Positions 24,409 through 36,438 of a DNA stretch of 64,000 bases are shown one piece after another. A program made the translations under genes and the position numbers. The notes beneath the pieces are model-generated. The model was not told the DNA's origin, did not search any database, and was given only the letters and a program-made list of their open reading frames with translations. The stretch is from Fistulifera solaris (lineage: Eukaryota): assembly GCA_030295235.1 (NCBI GenBank), contig AP026164.1:1860001-1924000 (forward strand), in the 5' to 3' direction. Within the stretch, counting starts at the first letter, position 1; each line of letters starts with the position of its first letter.

Positions 24409-26377
24409 TAGAACACGAAATATTAATGCTTTTGGTTGATGCACGAAATGCATTTAATGAAATCAGCCGACTTTCACTTCTCTGGACTGTCCGCCATCTT
24501 TGGCCACAAGGATCTCGATTTGCATTCAATTGCTATCGCCATGCTTCAACTCTCTTCATTCGGAAACAAAATGAATTTGCCATGACGATCCAAAGCAGAG
24601 AAGGAGTTGCTCAAGGAGACCCCTTGAGCATGATCCTTTATGGACTAGCTCTTGCTCCAATTACCCAAACCATTCGCACCGAAGTCGATGACATTGTATC
24701 ACCTTTCTACCGACGATGCAGCATTTGCAGGTAAAGCGTCCAGTATTGACAAGGCAATGCAAATTCTTATGCAACTTGGTCCAGATCGCGGTTACTTCCC
24801 AGAACCCGAAAAGAGTATTGTTGTATGCCGTGAAATCCGACGAACAAAGCTGCAAGCTCATTCTCGAGAAATATGGGTTTCAGTACACACGCGGACATCG
24901 ATACTTGGGAGGATTTATTGGCTCATCAGTCGAGCGACAAGTGGGTTACGGCAAAAATCAACGAATGGGTAAGCACTCTGACGACACTTTCCGAAGTCGC
25001 CAAAAGATACCCCCAAGCCGCCCTATTCAGGATTTTGTCGGTCACTCCAAATGGAATGGCAATACGTCCAACGAGTCATTCCTGGAATATCTCATCTCTT
25101 TGCACCCCTTGAGAAATGCATCCAGAAGAAATTCCTCCCGGCACTACTTGGCGAAGATCAGCCGATCACGGGTGACTTGCGGGAAATTCTCTCTCTCAGC
25201 ACAAAGGCAGCGGGGATTGGCATTTGGAACCCGGTAAAGACATGCGAACACAACTTCTCTACCTCACAAGACATCACGAAACTCATCTCAAACAGTTTAT
25301 ACAGCAACACAGAATTAAACGTTGGAGAGCATCTTTCACATGCCACAGTAGAGAAAAACAGTGCCGCAAAAATCCGATTTCAAAACGAAATTCAAACGCT
25401 TGACGAAATCTGTATTGGAAGACCAGATGAAAGGCGAAGACTTCTTCGAGCAAAATCGACAGGAATTTGGCTCTCGGTGCGTCCACAGACATTCACGGAC
25501 ACCGAACTCTCAAAAGACGAATTCCGTGACAGTCTACGAATTCGCTCAGGACTCCCAATTCTTGATCTCCCCAAGAAGTGTGATGGATGCAATAAACCGT
25601 TTACAGTCGAACATGCACAACAATGCAAAAACGGTGGACTTGTTATCCAGAGACACGACGATCTGAAAGCGGAATTCATGTCTCTTTGCACGCAAGCCTT
25701 TGGACCCAAATCTGTTCGCGATGAGCCTACCATTCACACATTTGGCAACAGCAACAACAGTACACAGGTTCAAGAGCTTCGAGGAGATGTTTCGGCCTAT
25801 GGCTTTTGGAATGAGAGACGAACGACCATTTTCGATGTCCGAGTTACTGATACCGACGCACCGTCATACAGAAACCGTGACCCGATTAAGGTTCTGGCTT
25901 CTCAAGAGCGTGAAAAGCGTAGCATGTACGGACCCCCTTGCCACGAACGCAGACGAGACTTCACTCCCCTGGTCTTTTCCATTGACGGAATGATGGGACA
26001 ACAGGCTATTTCAGCATCGAGACAGCTTGCAAGAAAACTTCAGCGGAAGTGGAACAAGCCATACTCCGAGATCTGTGGCTTCATCCGGGCGCGCATGAGT
26101 CTTTCCCTGGTCAGGTCAGTTAGTATGCTTCTGCGAAATCCAAGAGAAGGAATGCCAAAACGGAATCCCCCTCATTGGGAAACGGGCTCGGGACTGGCCC
26201 TCTACTAGCGCACTAAGGCTAGGGAGTTAGAACCAAAGCTTACTCATTGAAGTGTCAGACTGAAATATATGTGAATGAAAAGTGGAAAATTCAGTCGAAT
26301 GTCAAGATTAGATTCTGACGATTAAAAAAATTAGGAATAAAATATATATGTGAAAAAAAAAAAAAAAAAAAAAAAAA
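24124..26377 (+). mobile_element. 5'-truncated non-LTR retrotransposon with RT and restriction-like endonuclease (CRE/R2-like early-branching group), bounded by ~285-bp inverted copies of its 3' end
   Basis: RT motifs LVDARNAFN, GVAQGDPLS, (Y)xDD and RYLGGFIG in frameshifted ORFs 24426-25112. Zn-knuckle plus RLE motifs CDGC..H..C, RHD, RGDV..DVRVTD..EK...Y in ORF 25051-26208. 3' UTR with poly(A) at 26353-26377. Confidence 0.9.
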
Positions 26378-26948
26378 GAAAAGACGAAGGAAGAACGTAT
26401 TTGTCCGAAACGAGTGGTTTCAAGTTATTACGTTTCTACGTACCTGCTACGTACTGTATTCGTACGCACTTTAAGTTCAGAAAGTAAATCTTATGGCCCG
26501 TGCGTTCTTTTGTTCTTCTGCCAATCAAGGAGAGACATTTCCAATTTCCAGTCGTCGCACTGCAAAGTTGAACCTGATCAGAAAATGAGGGTATTTGATC
26601 GTACTCATTGCTCTACTGACAATTAAATCTTCAACTGAAATCTGCTTGTCACTATGGACTGAAGAGTGACCGTTCAGTCGGGTCATTTTTACATCACCGG
26701 ATTGAGAGCGTGACCTGAAAAGCTCTCTACTAAAGTTGTCATAGTACGTGGCTGATTTTGTACACGTCGCCCGTTTTTCCGTTGTGCTTGGCTTGTGCCT
26801 GGGGGCTATAGAAGCCAAATGTATGGTTTATTTTCGTGCAGGAATTGAAAAGACACCGAAGGAAAAAGCGGTTCCTTCGTCTTTCTCATTAACTTCACTT
26901 TGCTGAATCAAATACTACCAGTACGTATCATCGTCGACTGCATCCACC

Positions 26949-27869
26949 ATGGCTCACGTCTTTGAAAGCATTGCCGACCAACCAGTTGCATGGGGAGAGA
27001 GCGACATCGATGAAATGCTCGCAGAGTATCTCTTGGATGATGTTGCCGAGGAAGCAGGAGCAACGCTGCCCTACAACGAGTAAGTTCAGAGGCGCGGAAG
27101 TTGGCCGTCGTGAGCAGTGCGAGCATCTCATTCGTTGATTTTTTTCAAATTACAGTCACGGCGAAGTGAGAAAACGGTCCCGAGTTTCTCCTGAACATAA
27201 CGAAGACGGTAACATGCCGCCTGTTCCTGTTCTTCACAATTCCGTTTCAAGCGGACCCACTCCGGATGCGAGTGTCCCTGACCCGCTTTCTCGTAGCCTC
27301 CCCAGGGCTTCCAAATCATACAGAAACCTTTAGCCGCAAACAAACCGAAGAATACCAGTCTCTCTAGCTCGGAGTTCTTGATTGACGAGAAAGAACTTGC
27401 TGATGCCGTCTCCAAAGCTATGGAAGTACCAGTGTTCGCACCTGTTCCGATTTCTCCTGTCGAAAAGAAGACCACAAAACGCCGTCGCATGGACGCCGCA
27501 CCCAAATCCGCAATACAGCCTGCTACAAGCCAAAAATTTCCCACTGGTGAAGGGAAGTTGGCACTTTTTGTGGAATCCGTCAAAAGCAGTCGTCGCAAGG
27601 ATTGCCCGGAAGAGCATGAACGACGCCGAGAGCGAAACCGTGTCCTTGCTCGCAAAAGTCGCCAAAAGAAAAAATGTTTGTTTGAAACTCTTCAGAAGGA
27701 GGTGGCTCGATTGAATCATCACAATCAAATCATGAGAGAAATCATTACCACAAAGATGGGCATCACTGATTTAGACACTATTTTGAATCAGTATGCCCCA
27801 CAGGCGGATGATGATTCGGTGGATCACGGAATGGAAGCCGCTAGCGTTTCTGGATCTGATTCTGACTAG
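26949..27869 (+). CDS. bZIP transcription factor, aureochrome-like but lacking LOV
   Basis: Exon 1 26949-27079 (MAHVFESIADQPVAWGESDIDEMLAEYLLDD...), phase-2 intron 27080-27155, frameshift near the C-run at ~27300, then bZIP ERRRERNRVLARKSRQKKK..ETLQKEV; stop at 27869. Confidence 0.82.
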
Positions 27870-28188
27870 GTCTAATGGGAAAGCCATGTCCCGCTGAATT
27901 CAATGCTTTTCTATACTGCAAGCTTCGCGTTTCCCCAACTGAATGACAACCAACATGAATATTATGCCTCGCCAAGTTTATCTCACCAAAAATATTATGT
28001 TATGCTAAAAAGATCGCGCAATGTGTAAGCTCATTATGTAAAAAATCAATTCTGTAAAAGTCTATTTTGTTATTATGATTGCATGAAGCAATCATTTCAA
28101 TTTTGAAGACGACGGCGTCCGCGTGGCGCTGCAAAAGGATGAGTAGAGTCGTGAATGCAGAGACGCGTTTCAATCTAAGCAAATTCGT

Positions 28189-28720
28189 CTATTGGTCGTC
28201 GGACATGATGCGGCAAAAGCTTTCAAAATTAATCTTTGCATCAGAGGAGAAATATGACGCTATTACTCGAGCCTGTGCCTCGGTCATATCCTCCCCAAAA
28301 TTTCAACTGACAGCTGACTAAAATCTTCCGAACTTATGTACCCCTTTCCAGATGTATCGAGGAGACGAAAAGCTTCTTCCAGAATGGTAAGCCGATTTCG
28401 TTTGAACTGTTACAAAAAATCAGGACTTTTGTGTCAGATGCCCAGTTGCACAACACAAGAAATGACAAGAGAGCTCGTATTCCGTATTTCACCTTGGATA
28501 TTTTTTCTAGAACGTCATCGACAGAGAGCAAGGCTCCCGAATCTAGCTCAAGTATTTGCTCGAAATCGTTCAGTTGAATCCTTTCGGGTTGAAAGCCAAG
28601 TCCCAAGTACAATTTATAGAATTCTCCGGTCGATAAACAGCCATCATGATCCGAGTCGAGTGCTTCAAATGAATCTCGAATATCGTACTCGTCCTTTGAG
28701 TCCATTTCAATCCTTGTCAT
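28189..28720 (-). CDS. EF-hand calcium-binding protein (calmodulin/centrin-like)
   Basis: DSFEALDSDHDGCLSTGEF; after an intron (~28408-28492), EAFRLLDTSGKGYISSEDF and KINFESFCRIM*. Confidence 0.75.
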
Positions 28721-28949
28721 CGTCGTATTAATCAGCGAAGGCAGGTTTCGATTGTAACGCGTTCGACACGTAAAATAGCAGCAAACACCAAGCAAGGTAG
28801 AACTATACGAATGTCTAATAAGAACAGAAACGCACAAATAATACAGGTGCTGACGAACTCAAACAGGATTAGGGTTATCTTGAAATGAAGAATGGAGTAT
28901 CACCTTTTAATTGATACTTTCGCTCTTTTCTAGAAACTTATTTCTAAAT

Positions 28950-30500
28950 CTAAAACTGGTAAACGCCACCCATGGATGAAATACCATTGAAGACGTACGT
29001 GTTCTTGATGGGAATGTATTGCCCGGTAATTAACTTGACAGCTTCCTGACTTGCAACTCCGCCTACAACGCTAGCAATATTGTGTACTTCCGCATTTCCA
29101 AACCGCGCCATTTCCTTACAAATTCGAGTATCCTCTAGAAAAAGGCCATATGCTGTCTTCACACATTCCCAACATTCGACCAAGCGAGGTATATCTTTCT
29201 CAAAATCATCGTTCACGCCAGGATATCGCTTTTCACGTTCCCAGAACATCTGACATGCCGCGAACCCTAAATACCACCACAATGCTGTCTGTTCTGGCCT
29301 TTCCTCGTCTTGTTCAGAAGCTCCAAGATCATTGACTACGTCTTCCGTCGGATGATACCCCAAAAACGTTGGTAGAGGTCCAGTTTGAAGCCAGTCCAAG
29401 TGTACTGCATTTTGACAAAGCAAGGAAACTTCATCATCCGTAACGGAAATTGCTCCGGTGCAATTCGCGCGAACGCAATCAAAGTCTTTCTTTGCCTGTT
29501 GCTGATAGAGTTCTTGCAGTTTCACGTACTCCGTCGTTGATGCCGCCATATCCGGTATCTTTCCCACCACCGGAGGTACACCGCCGTGCTGCTGCAAAAA
29601 CGATTGCAAGGCTCGTAGAAGCACCAAGTCGCGTTCCGAATTGCAAGCCGACAATAAGTAGTCAATGTCGACTGTCTTCGGAGAAGTGTAGGCTAGATAG
29701 GCATTCTCTACAGCTTGCTGGAAGTTCAGTTCATTGTCATAGTTGCGCGCCATCTTCTTAATTTCTGCTTGAAATTCTTGTTTCTCGGCAAAACTCGTAG
29801 GTAGCCCCCCTGTATGACTCTCTTTCCATTTCTTTTTTACAAATAAAAGGATAAATGGATAGGGTACCTGTCCGAATTCTTGACTAGACAAGCCTGCCCA
29901 AACTGCATCGCCCGCATATTTTTCTTCAAATGCTTGTTGTAGCGCAGGGAAAGGGCACATTAAACGCAAATCGGGAACGCTGTCTCGCATTTTCGGTTCG
30001 AGCAATAAAAGCGGAGCCGTTTGAATTTGCACAACACCAACCAGGCCGTACGAGTGCACGGCGATCATAGGTACGTTTTGATCCCAGCACGTTTGAGCAA
30101 TGGCTTGACGCAACGGTGGTTCGCAATCTGCCGCAATCACTAGAACTTTCTTTTTATCGGGAAAGAATTGCAATAGATCAAACTTTTCCGCCACTAAGCC
30201 ACCGGCAATGTCTTTCCAGTCGCCGGTCACGTCCGGATTCAATTCCATCAGATATTCGGTCGCCATTTGCGCACGCGATTTGTTGCTGTTCGATTCCAGA
30301 AAGAAATTGCTGGTACAATCCGAAACGCCGGAGCTATCATCTACGACGAGAAAGCTGCCGATACCCGGTAATACCAGGTTCTTGAGCGTCTCGGTCCCCG
30401 CCGCGGTGGCTCGAATTAACACCACGCACGTGTTCCCCAATGCAGCTTGCCCAGCTGCGCCCCACAGACGCAGCTGACGGTCGTATTTATTGTCAGTCAT
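28950..30500 (-). CDS. NAE1: NEDD8-activating enzyme E1 regulatory subunit (APPBP1/ULA1/AXR1)
   Basis: KYDRQLRLWG, TETLKNLVLPGIGSF, ELNPDV, IPDM and GGVASQEAVKLITGQYIP. Confidence 0.94.
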   Translation of the reverse strand: MTDNKYDRQLRLWGAAGQAALGNTCVVLIRATAAGTETLKNLVLPGIGSFLVVDDSSGVSDCTSNFFLESNSNKSRAQMATEYLMELNPDVTGDWKDIAGGLVAEKFDLLQFFPDKKKVLVIAADCEPPLRQAIAQTCWDQNVPMIAVHSYGLVGVVQIQTAPLLLLEPKMRDSVPDLRLMCPFPALQQAFEEKYAGDAVWAGLSSQEFGQVPYPFILLFVKKKWKESHTGGLPTSFAEKQEFQAEIKKMARNYDNELNFQQAVENAYLAYTSPKTVDIDYLLSACNSERDLVLLRALQSFLQQHGGVPPVVGKIPDMAASTTEYVKLQELYQQQAKKDFDCVRANCTGAISVTDDEVSLLCQNAVHLDWLQTGPLPTFLGYHPTEDVVNDLGASEQDEERPEQTALWWYLGFAACQMFWEREKRYPGVNDDFEKDIPRLVECWECVKTAYGLFLEDTRICKEMARFGNAEVHNIASVVGGVASQEAVKLITGQYIPIKNTYVFNGISSMGGVYQF

Positions 30501-30913
30501 TTCTGGGATTATCAATAGAATCCTTTTACAGCAACAAAATATGTGATTGCGATAAAGGGAACGAACACTTTACAATTTCAATTTAATAAAAATGAGATTA
30601 TAATTTCGTCCCAGTTCGCACATCGAGATCTCCACCGCTCTCTGTCTTTAATTTTTATTTAGCATTATGGTGTCGTACCAGGAAAACAACGTGTCGCACT
30701 GACATAGGAACGATGATGCAAAAGAGCTCGCTTGCGGTCGCAAGTCGCAACAACCGCAACATGAGATCAAAGCAGCAAGTGGTCTCAAATACTTTTCTTG
30801 TTGTTGTTATTATCTTTCTCTAGCACTAGCTAGCCAAACCGGTTCTTTTGGAATTTGGTGTCTATACTTTTCAATTAGTAGCAGGAGCATAACGATTGAT
30901 ACATTCTACAATC

Positions 30914-31681
30914 ATGTTGACAGCCTATGCATCTCGAACTATCCGCCGCTCGTCGGTCGCTCGACTGCAGGCCGCGAACCTCGCTGTGCCGGTGCCGAAG
31001 AAGGAAGGAGAAGAAGAGCAGGCACTTTCTCCAGCTGCAGCGACTCGTGAGAAAATGAGCAACTATGATCGCCATATGGTATGGGGTCACGTGGGTGAAG
31101 AAGGCTTTCCGGTGCCGGTCTTGCCCGAAAAGCCAGCCGAAATCGCCCTTCTTGACCCCGCCGATCACGGTCACCGGGTGCGCCAAGATGGAACGGCTCG
31201 CACTGTGGTGATTCGCCAGCAGAAGAAGAGCGCTCGTCAGGCCCCTCTCAATCCTGAAGCTAGCTGGAAAATTTATTTTTACGAAGACGGTACCTATTCG
31301 GAGAAGTGGACGAATTCTCTCATGGGCTGGACGTCGAATGCTGATCCCTACCAGTGCGCCCCACCGTTAACTTTTGAGAACGCCGCAGATGCTGTGTATT
31401 TCGCCAAAAAGCGGGGCTGGAACTATGTCGTCAAGCAACCCATCATGCGTTACATGCGAAACGATGATGCTCAATACCAAGACAACTTTCTTCCTCAGGC
31501 GATCGCAGCGAAAGTTCAGAAAGAAGGAACTAGCTGTGACCACTGGAAGCGTTCTTCTGCAGGAACATCTCATTACTTTCGTCCTTTGAACTACCATGGA
31601 ACTGCCCCGGTCATTCAGCATGGACCGAACGGTACAGCACCCATTGCGAAAGCTCCAGAAGGCTACTACAAGCAGCGATAA
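30914..31681 (+). CDS. NDUFS4: Mitochondrial complex I subunit NDUFS4 (ETC_C1_NDUFA4 family)
   Basis: Arg-rich presequence. 'KWTNSLMGWTSNADP' and 'LTFENAADAVYFAKKRGWNY..Y.DNF'. Confidence 0.85.
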   Translation: MLTAYASRTIRRSSVARLQAANLAVPVPKKEGEEEQALSPAAATREKMSNYDRHMVWGHVGEEGFPVPVLPEKPAEIALLDPADHGHRVRQDGTARTVVIRQQKKSARQAPLNPEASWKIYFYEDGTYSEKWTNSLMGWTSNADPYQCAPPLTFENAADAVYFAKKRGWNYVVKQPIMRYMRNDDAQYQDNFLPQAIAAKVQKEGTSCDHWKRSSAGTSHYFRPLNYHGTAPVIQHGPNGTAPIAKAPEGYYKQR

Positions 31682-32399
31682 GTTTCTTTGGATATATTCT
31701 AAAATTATACCCCGGAGTATATTCTAAATTTCGAAAGTTGGGAAGTTTGATTAGTACATTCTTGAGGTGTAGCTAGAGAGTTCGAGCATGTATTTGGTGT
31801 TCTTCTGTCCGACTAGTCTTCTGAACCAACCATTGTGGATACCCTTACGCGACTAAGTCACAAAGTTCGGGCTTTTTCCTGTCTAGGTGCGTCCAAGAAA
31901 CTAGAAAACTAGTGACTTCGCCTCTGACCGTGAATGAATCACGATCCGTGATTGGATGTGATGTCGTCAGTGGCGAGTGGCGAGTGGCGGGGACGACCCG
32001 ACGACCCTCCTAGTATGAATCACGATCAGACATGTACACTTATACTTACTCCTACATTTTAGAGTAGCGCACACTCTTTCGGGATAGTATTTGAAGAATT
32101 TGAGAACAAAGAATTTGGTAGAGTATACAAAAAGTGTACCGCAACTCCTTTTGACTAACGGATCGAATGAGATAGAAGACATTCAATGCGACAGTTTGAA
32201 GAGCGTGGAGTTGGAGCTGGCGACGAGCGACGAAGCACCGCAGCAAGCGCGTTACGTGACAATCTCCGATTAAGTACAAATAACTCTTCACTTCCACGAT
32301 ACACGGCATTTGTCGATCGCCGCTGAAGCTGAACGAGAGCCTGTTTCACTTGATAATCACTTTCGCATCAGTTGAATATAAACTTTTAAAACGTTGACC

Positions 32400-33512
32400 A
32401 TGAACCCCGAATAGTAAGTCAATTGCGTGTTGCGTGTTTCGTTTCTTAATGAGCGAATGTCACGATTCCGTGTTTCGAGAGGAAATGCCCGCTGCAGAGA
32501 CAATAGAGAGTCCCTTAAAGTACTTCAGTTCCACTTTTTCGATCGTGTTCGAAAATAAGATTAGACGAAGACTCAGCAATTAAAAGGGTGTGGTGGTACA
32601 ACGCACCTCTCGTTTCGGTGTCCCTATTTTCCATTGTCAACCGACGACTATGATCTCAGATGGTGACTCTCTCATTTACAATGTTGCGCTGCTAACGGCC
32701 CTATGAATGACCGATTCATAAGAATTGACAAAATTTGATTCATCCGTTGCAAAATCTGCATGTAAATGATTTCGGTCCAATGATAGTGTGATATGTGTTC
32801 TTCTGGTTTGCGTGTGTACTTACAGTTGTCTTTATTGAATTGCAGCGATTACCTGTTTAAGCTCCTCCTCATTGGAGACTCCGGAGTTGGTAAATCTTGC
32901 TTGTTGCTTCGATTCGCCGATGATACCTACACGGAGTCATACATTTCTACCATCGGTGTCGATTTCGTAAGTTTTTTACAGTTGGCCAAAACCATACTTC
33001 GTAAATCTAGGAAGCTGACTCGCGTTTTTCTGAATCTTTCCTAGAAAATCCGCACGATCGACTTGGACGGAAAGACAATCAAGCTCCAGATCTGGGATAC
33101 CGCAGGACAGGAGCGTTTCCGAACCATCACTTCTTCCTATTACCGTGGTGCGCACGGAATTATTGTCGTGTACGACGTGACGGACGCTGAATCGTTCTCG
33201 AACGTCAAGCAGTGGTTGCACGAAATTGACCGATACGCAGCCGAAAACGTCAACAAGCTTTTGGTCGGCAACAAGTCCGATCTAACAGCTAAACGAGTGG
33301 TTAGCACCGAGCAGGGTAAGGAGTTTGCGGACTCGCTCGGCATCGAATTTTTGGAAACGTCCGCCAAGACGAGCACCAATGTCGAACAGGCCTTCCTCAC
33401 GATGGCGAGCCAAATCAAGGCTCGAATGAAAACTCAGCCTACTGCTGCTAGTAATAAGAGCAGTGTCAATCTCAACACAAAGCAAGTCAAGCAAAACCAA
33501 GGCTGCTGCTAA
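32400..33512 (+). CDS. RAB1: Rab1/Ypt1 small GTPase
   Basis: Exons 32400-32413, 32846-32966 and 33045-33512 give [52 protein letters not shown]. Confidence 0.97.
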
Positions 33513-34507
33513 ATGTGTTACTTGGTTGTTCTTTCTTCCGCATTGTGTTTAGAATATTTGGACTGGTCCTCACACATGTAGAGGCTGTTGATTTCATTGT
33601 ACTCTTGTTTGAAAAGTGACCCAGCAGCGATGTTTGTGATAGGGTACAGTGCAATTACTAACGAGGTTTATTGATATTGACATTTTACAAAAGTTATGTA
33701 ACTGATACTAGGATTAGGCTACGTCGAGGCAGTTTAGCCTTCGTCTCGTTTACGAGCTGCAAGGAGTTATATTGGATAGAAGAACGTGCAGAGCTATGTG
33801 GCATCGTCGGCGTCGCCTATTTCATAGGACTAGATTGCAGTCCATGTTGTGCGTATCATGCAAGGTGCTTTCGCGCTTTGCAATTTATGCAGAAGACACT
33901 TCAATTTTGTTGAAAGTCATTGGTCATTGTAGCTTTTCAGTACGGTTTAACAGGCTTACATTAAGCGGAACATACATGTTACTGTAGGGCTAAAGGAAAG
34001 CAGGTCAAAGTGGACTCAAATTTTAGACAATAGAATATTGTTCCTAGTTTCTTGCTAGCTGTCCGTACAAAGGACAGACGAACGTAAAATAAGGTCAAGT
34101 CCGTTGTAGAGCACCATCTCCTCTTTTCTTTTCAGCGTTTTTCTATAAAATTTTTGAACGATTCTTTACTTAAATTTTTTTGTGTCAAGTACTCCGGAGT
34201 GATAATTTTTGCGCTCATTCAGCGAGCCAGTCCCTTTTATACTGTACACACGAAACGCGCGCGCTACCAAGTAGGCTTGCGCGACAACGATTCCAGGTGA
34301 AGACATTTAGCAGTTTAGCATGGGAGGCGTAACAGCGCTGTTTTTCTCACTCCACCCATTTACTGCCAAGGGCCCAACCTAATTTGCAGGTCATGTTCAG
34401 AAACAAAATCAACTTCGTTCTTTTTCCATTTACATTCATATGAAAAGAACTTTACTCTGGTCTTTTATGAGTCACCGCTAGTTGTGACATTAAATAATCG
34501 GAAGATA

Positions 34508-35543
34508 ATGAACTCGACAAAGAGACGTAGAAGGGGATTAAATAGCTTTCCTGCTCTTTCGTTCTTGCCATTCCTGCTTCTTAAAACCGCTAACGGTGAT
34601 GATGCCGCGTCCCAGAATAACGGAAGGACTTCATACACTTCCAACAGCAACAGCTATAGCAACAGAAGCAGCAATAAAAACTACAACAGTAGCAGTAAGA
34701 AAGGATTTCAAAAGGCATCTCCCTTTGCAACCAGCACGTGATTGACGTCAACGGTGTTTGGATTACTTGTGATACACCAGGGTCTTACTACTACGGAGGA
34801 TCTGCCTATCGAAACTCTGAAGTCTGCAAAACCGGAGACAAAGCGAAACTATCATTCGATTGTAAGTAATTCTTCATGATGTCATGGCCTCACTTAATTT
34901 ATTCTTTATCTCATTTCAAAACGGTTCAGTTTATATCCCATCTTACTTCGTAAATCAGACATTGGCACTAAAAATTGAGTCAGGTGTGTATGATAGCTTT
35001 CAAACGGTTGGGTTGTATGCAGACATCTGTCAGAGCGAGAATGTAACGGTGACTTCAACAGATGGCTCAGGTACATTGTGCCCAAATCCAGGATCGTATC
35101 AGATATACACCACGTTTCAAATGCCGTCAATTCACGACTCATCGTTACATTACACGCCCGATATCAAACTGTCATTTACGAATTCGGAAGGCGAAACAAT
35201 GGGCTGCGCAACGACAGGAACCGTTGCCGAACATCACTACCAAGACAAGCGAGCGACGACCGGTTTGATTGCTCTAGGCCTGGGTTTACTCATTTTTCTT
35301 ATGGTTTTCGCTTCACTGCTGCACTTGTCCCATAGGAGAAAGAAAAGGCTCGAGACTGTTCTGGAAAATCGTAAACAAAGCTATCACTATTTTAAAACGC
35401 TTCCAAATGGGCAGGTAATTCCGATGCACGGTGCCCAAGCTGTGACAGCGAGAAGACCAATCGCGATTCTTTCTGATGATGCGATTAACATCTCGAACCC
35501 TGCTTACAACGAGACTCACTTACCTATCCGCCCCATGCTGTAA
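34508..35543 (+). CDS. Hypothetical single-pass membrane protein (signal peptide, Cys-containing ectodomain)
   Basis: Signal-like N-terminus, frameshift ~34715, intron from 34862, TM segment GLIALGLGLLIFLMVFASLL followed by RRKKR. Confidence 0.55.
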
Positions 35544-35673
35544 ACGTCGCTAAGGATACAATCCTACCAAAAATGATTGCACATGCAACAACCGCCTGTA
35601 TCAATACTATCATAACGCAATAGAGCACTGCTTCAATACTATAGAAAATACGAGGGTAGACACAAAAGGCTTC

Positions 35674-36279
35674 CTATTCTTTGAGTTGTTTCGATTTGGC
35701 AGTCAATTGCTTTAGTTTCCGGTCTATGTTGATTTTCAGATTCGCTGCTTTCACATACGCTACTAAACCTTTCCGTGCATTTTCTTGAGCGATTTTGAGT
35801 TCTCGCGGATTTAAGCTGCCGCCAAACAAATCCAACGGGTCTATCCGACTGAGGCGAGCCTCTTCGTCGTAGTATTCGTGTTGCTCGACTGTCCACATAG
35901 TTGACTTGTTTGCATTGTTGTTCTTTCTTTGACGAAGTCCTTCATCGACTGCGTTTCGTGATTGTGGGTTGCTTTGATTCTCTTTCATGCTTTCAATGAG
36001 ATGAATGGGATCCGCTGTAATGAACGAGCAAGGAGACTTATCATCCGTCTCGGAAGCAGCAATTAAAACGACACGAGGACGAACTTCCTCACGAACATCA
36101 CCCGCCACCAAAATAGAATCGACAGACATGAAACTTTTCTTAGAATGACGTGCTCTTGTGAGATTCCACAGAGTTTTTTTGAAGTGGCCCGTCGCTTCTT
36201 CATGTTCGTTTTGAAAAAAATCCAGCAGAGATAAAACTTCTACGAAGCCGTCCGTTGACGATATCTCCGACATATTCAT
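35674..36279 (-). CDS. V-ATPase assembly factor Vma22/CCDC115-like
   Basis: N-terminal helix ending 'WNLTRAR', 'GLRQRK' and C-terminal 'DPLDLFGGSLNPRELKIAQ..', typical of the family. Confidence 0.65.
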   Translation of the reverse strand: MNMSEISSTDGFVEVLSLLDFFQNEHEEATGHFKKTLWNLTRARHSKKSFMSVDSILVAGDVREEVRPRVVLIAASETDDKSPCSFITADPIHLIESMKENQSNPQSRNAVDEGLRQRKNNNANKSTMWTVEQHEYYDEEARLSRIDPLDLFGGSLNPRELKIAQENARKGLVAYVKAANLKINIDRKLKQLTAKSKQLKE

Positions 36280-36438
36280 TCCCTTTTCGAAATTCGAACT
36301 TTCGTCAACTATTTGCTGTATAGAAGGCAAGACCAAGAAATGACCAAAAGATCGCTAATATATCATTCGCAACAAAGATATTTGTTGCACAAGTACCGTA
36401 CTTGTAATATAAAAGGCACCTCCCTGCTCCCTGGAACT

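Noticed and set aside
26315..26340. CTGACGA-stem-GAAT in the retroelement 3' UTR as a minimal hammerhead
   Set aside because: GAAA core is imperfect and CTGACGA is not conserved in the other copies (CTGACAA, CTGACTT).
24124..26377. DNA transposon (TIR) or classic twin-priming interpretation
   Set aside because: The inverted arms are the element's polyadenylated 3' end, the coding content is RT+RLE rather than transposase, and twin priming would not duplicate the poly(A) end.
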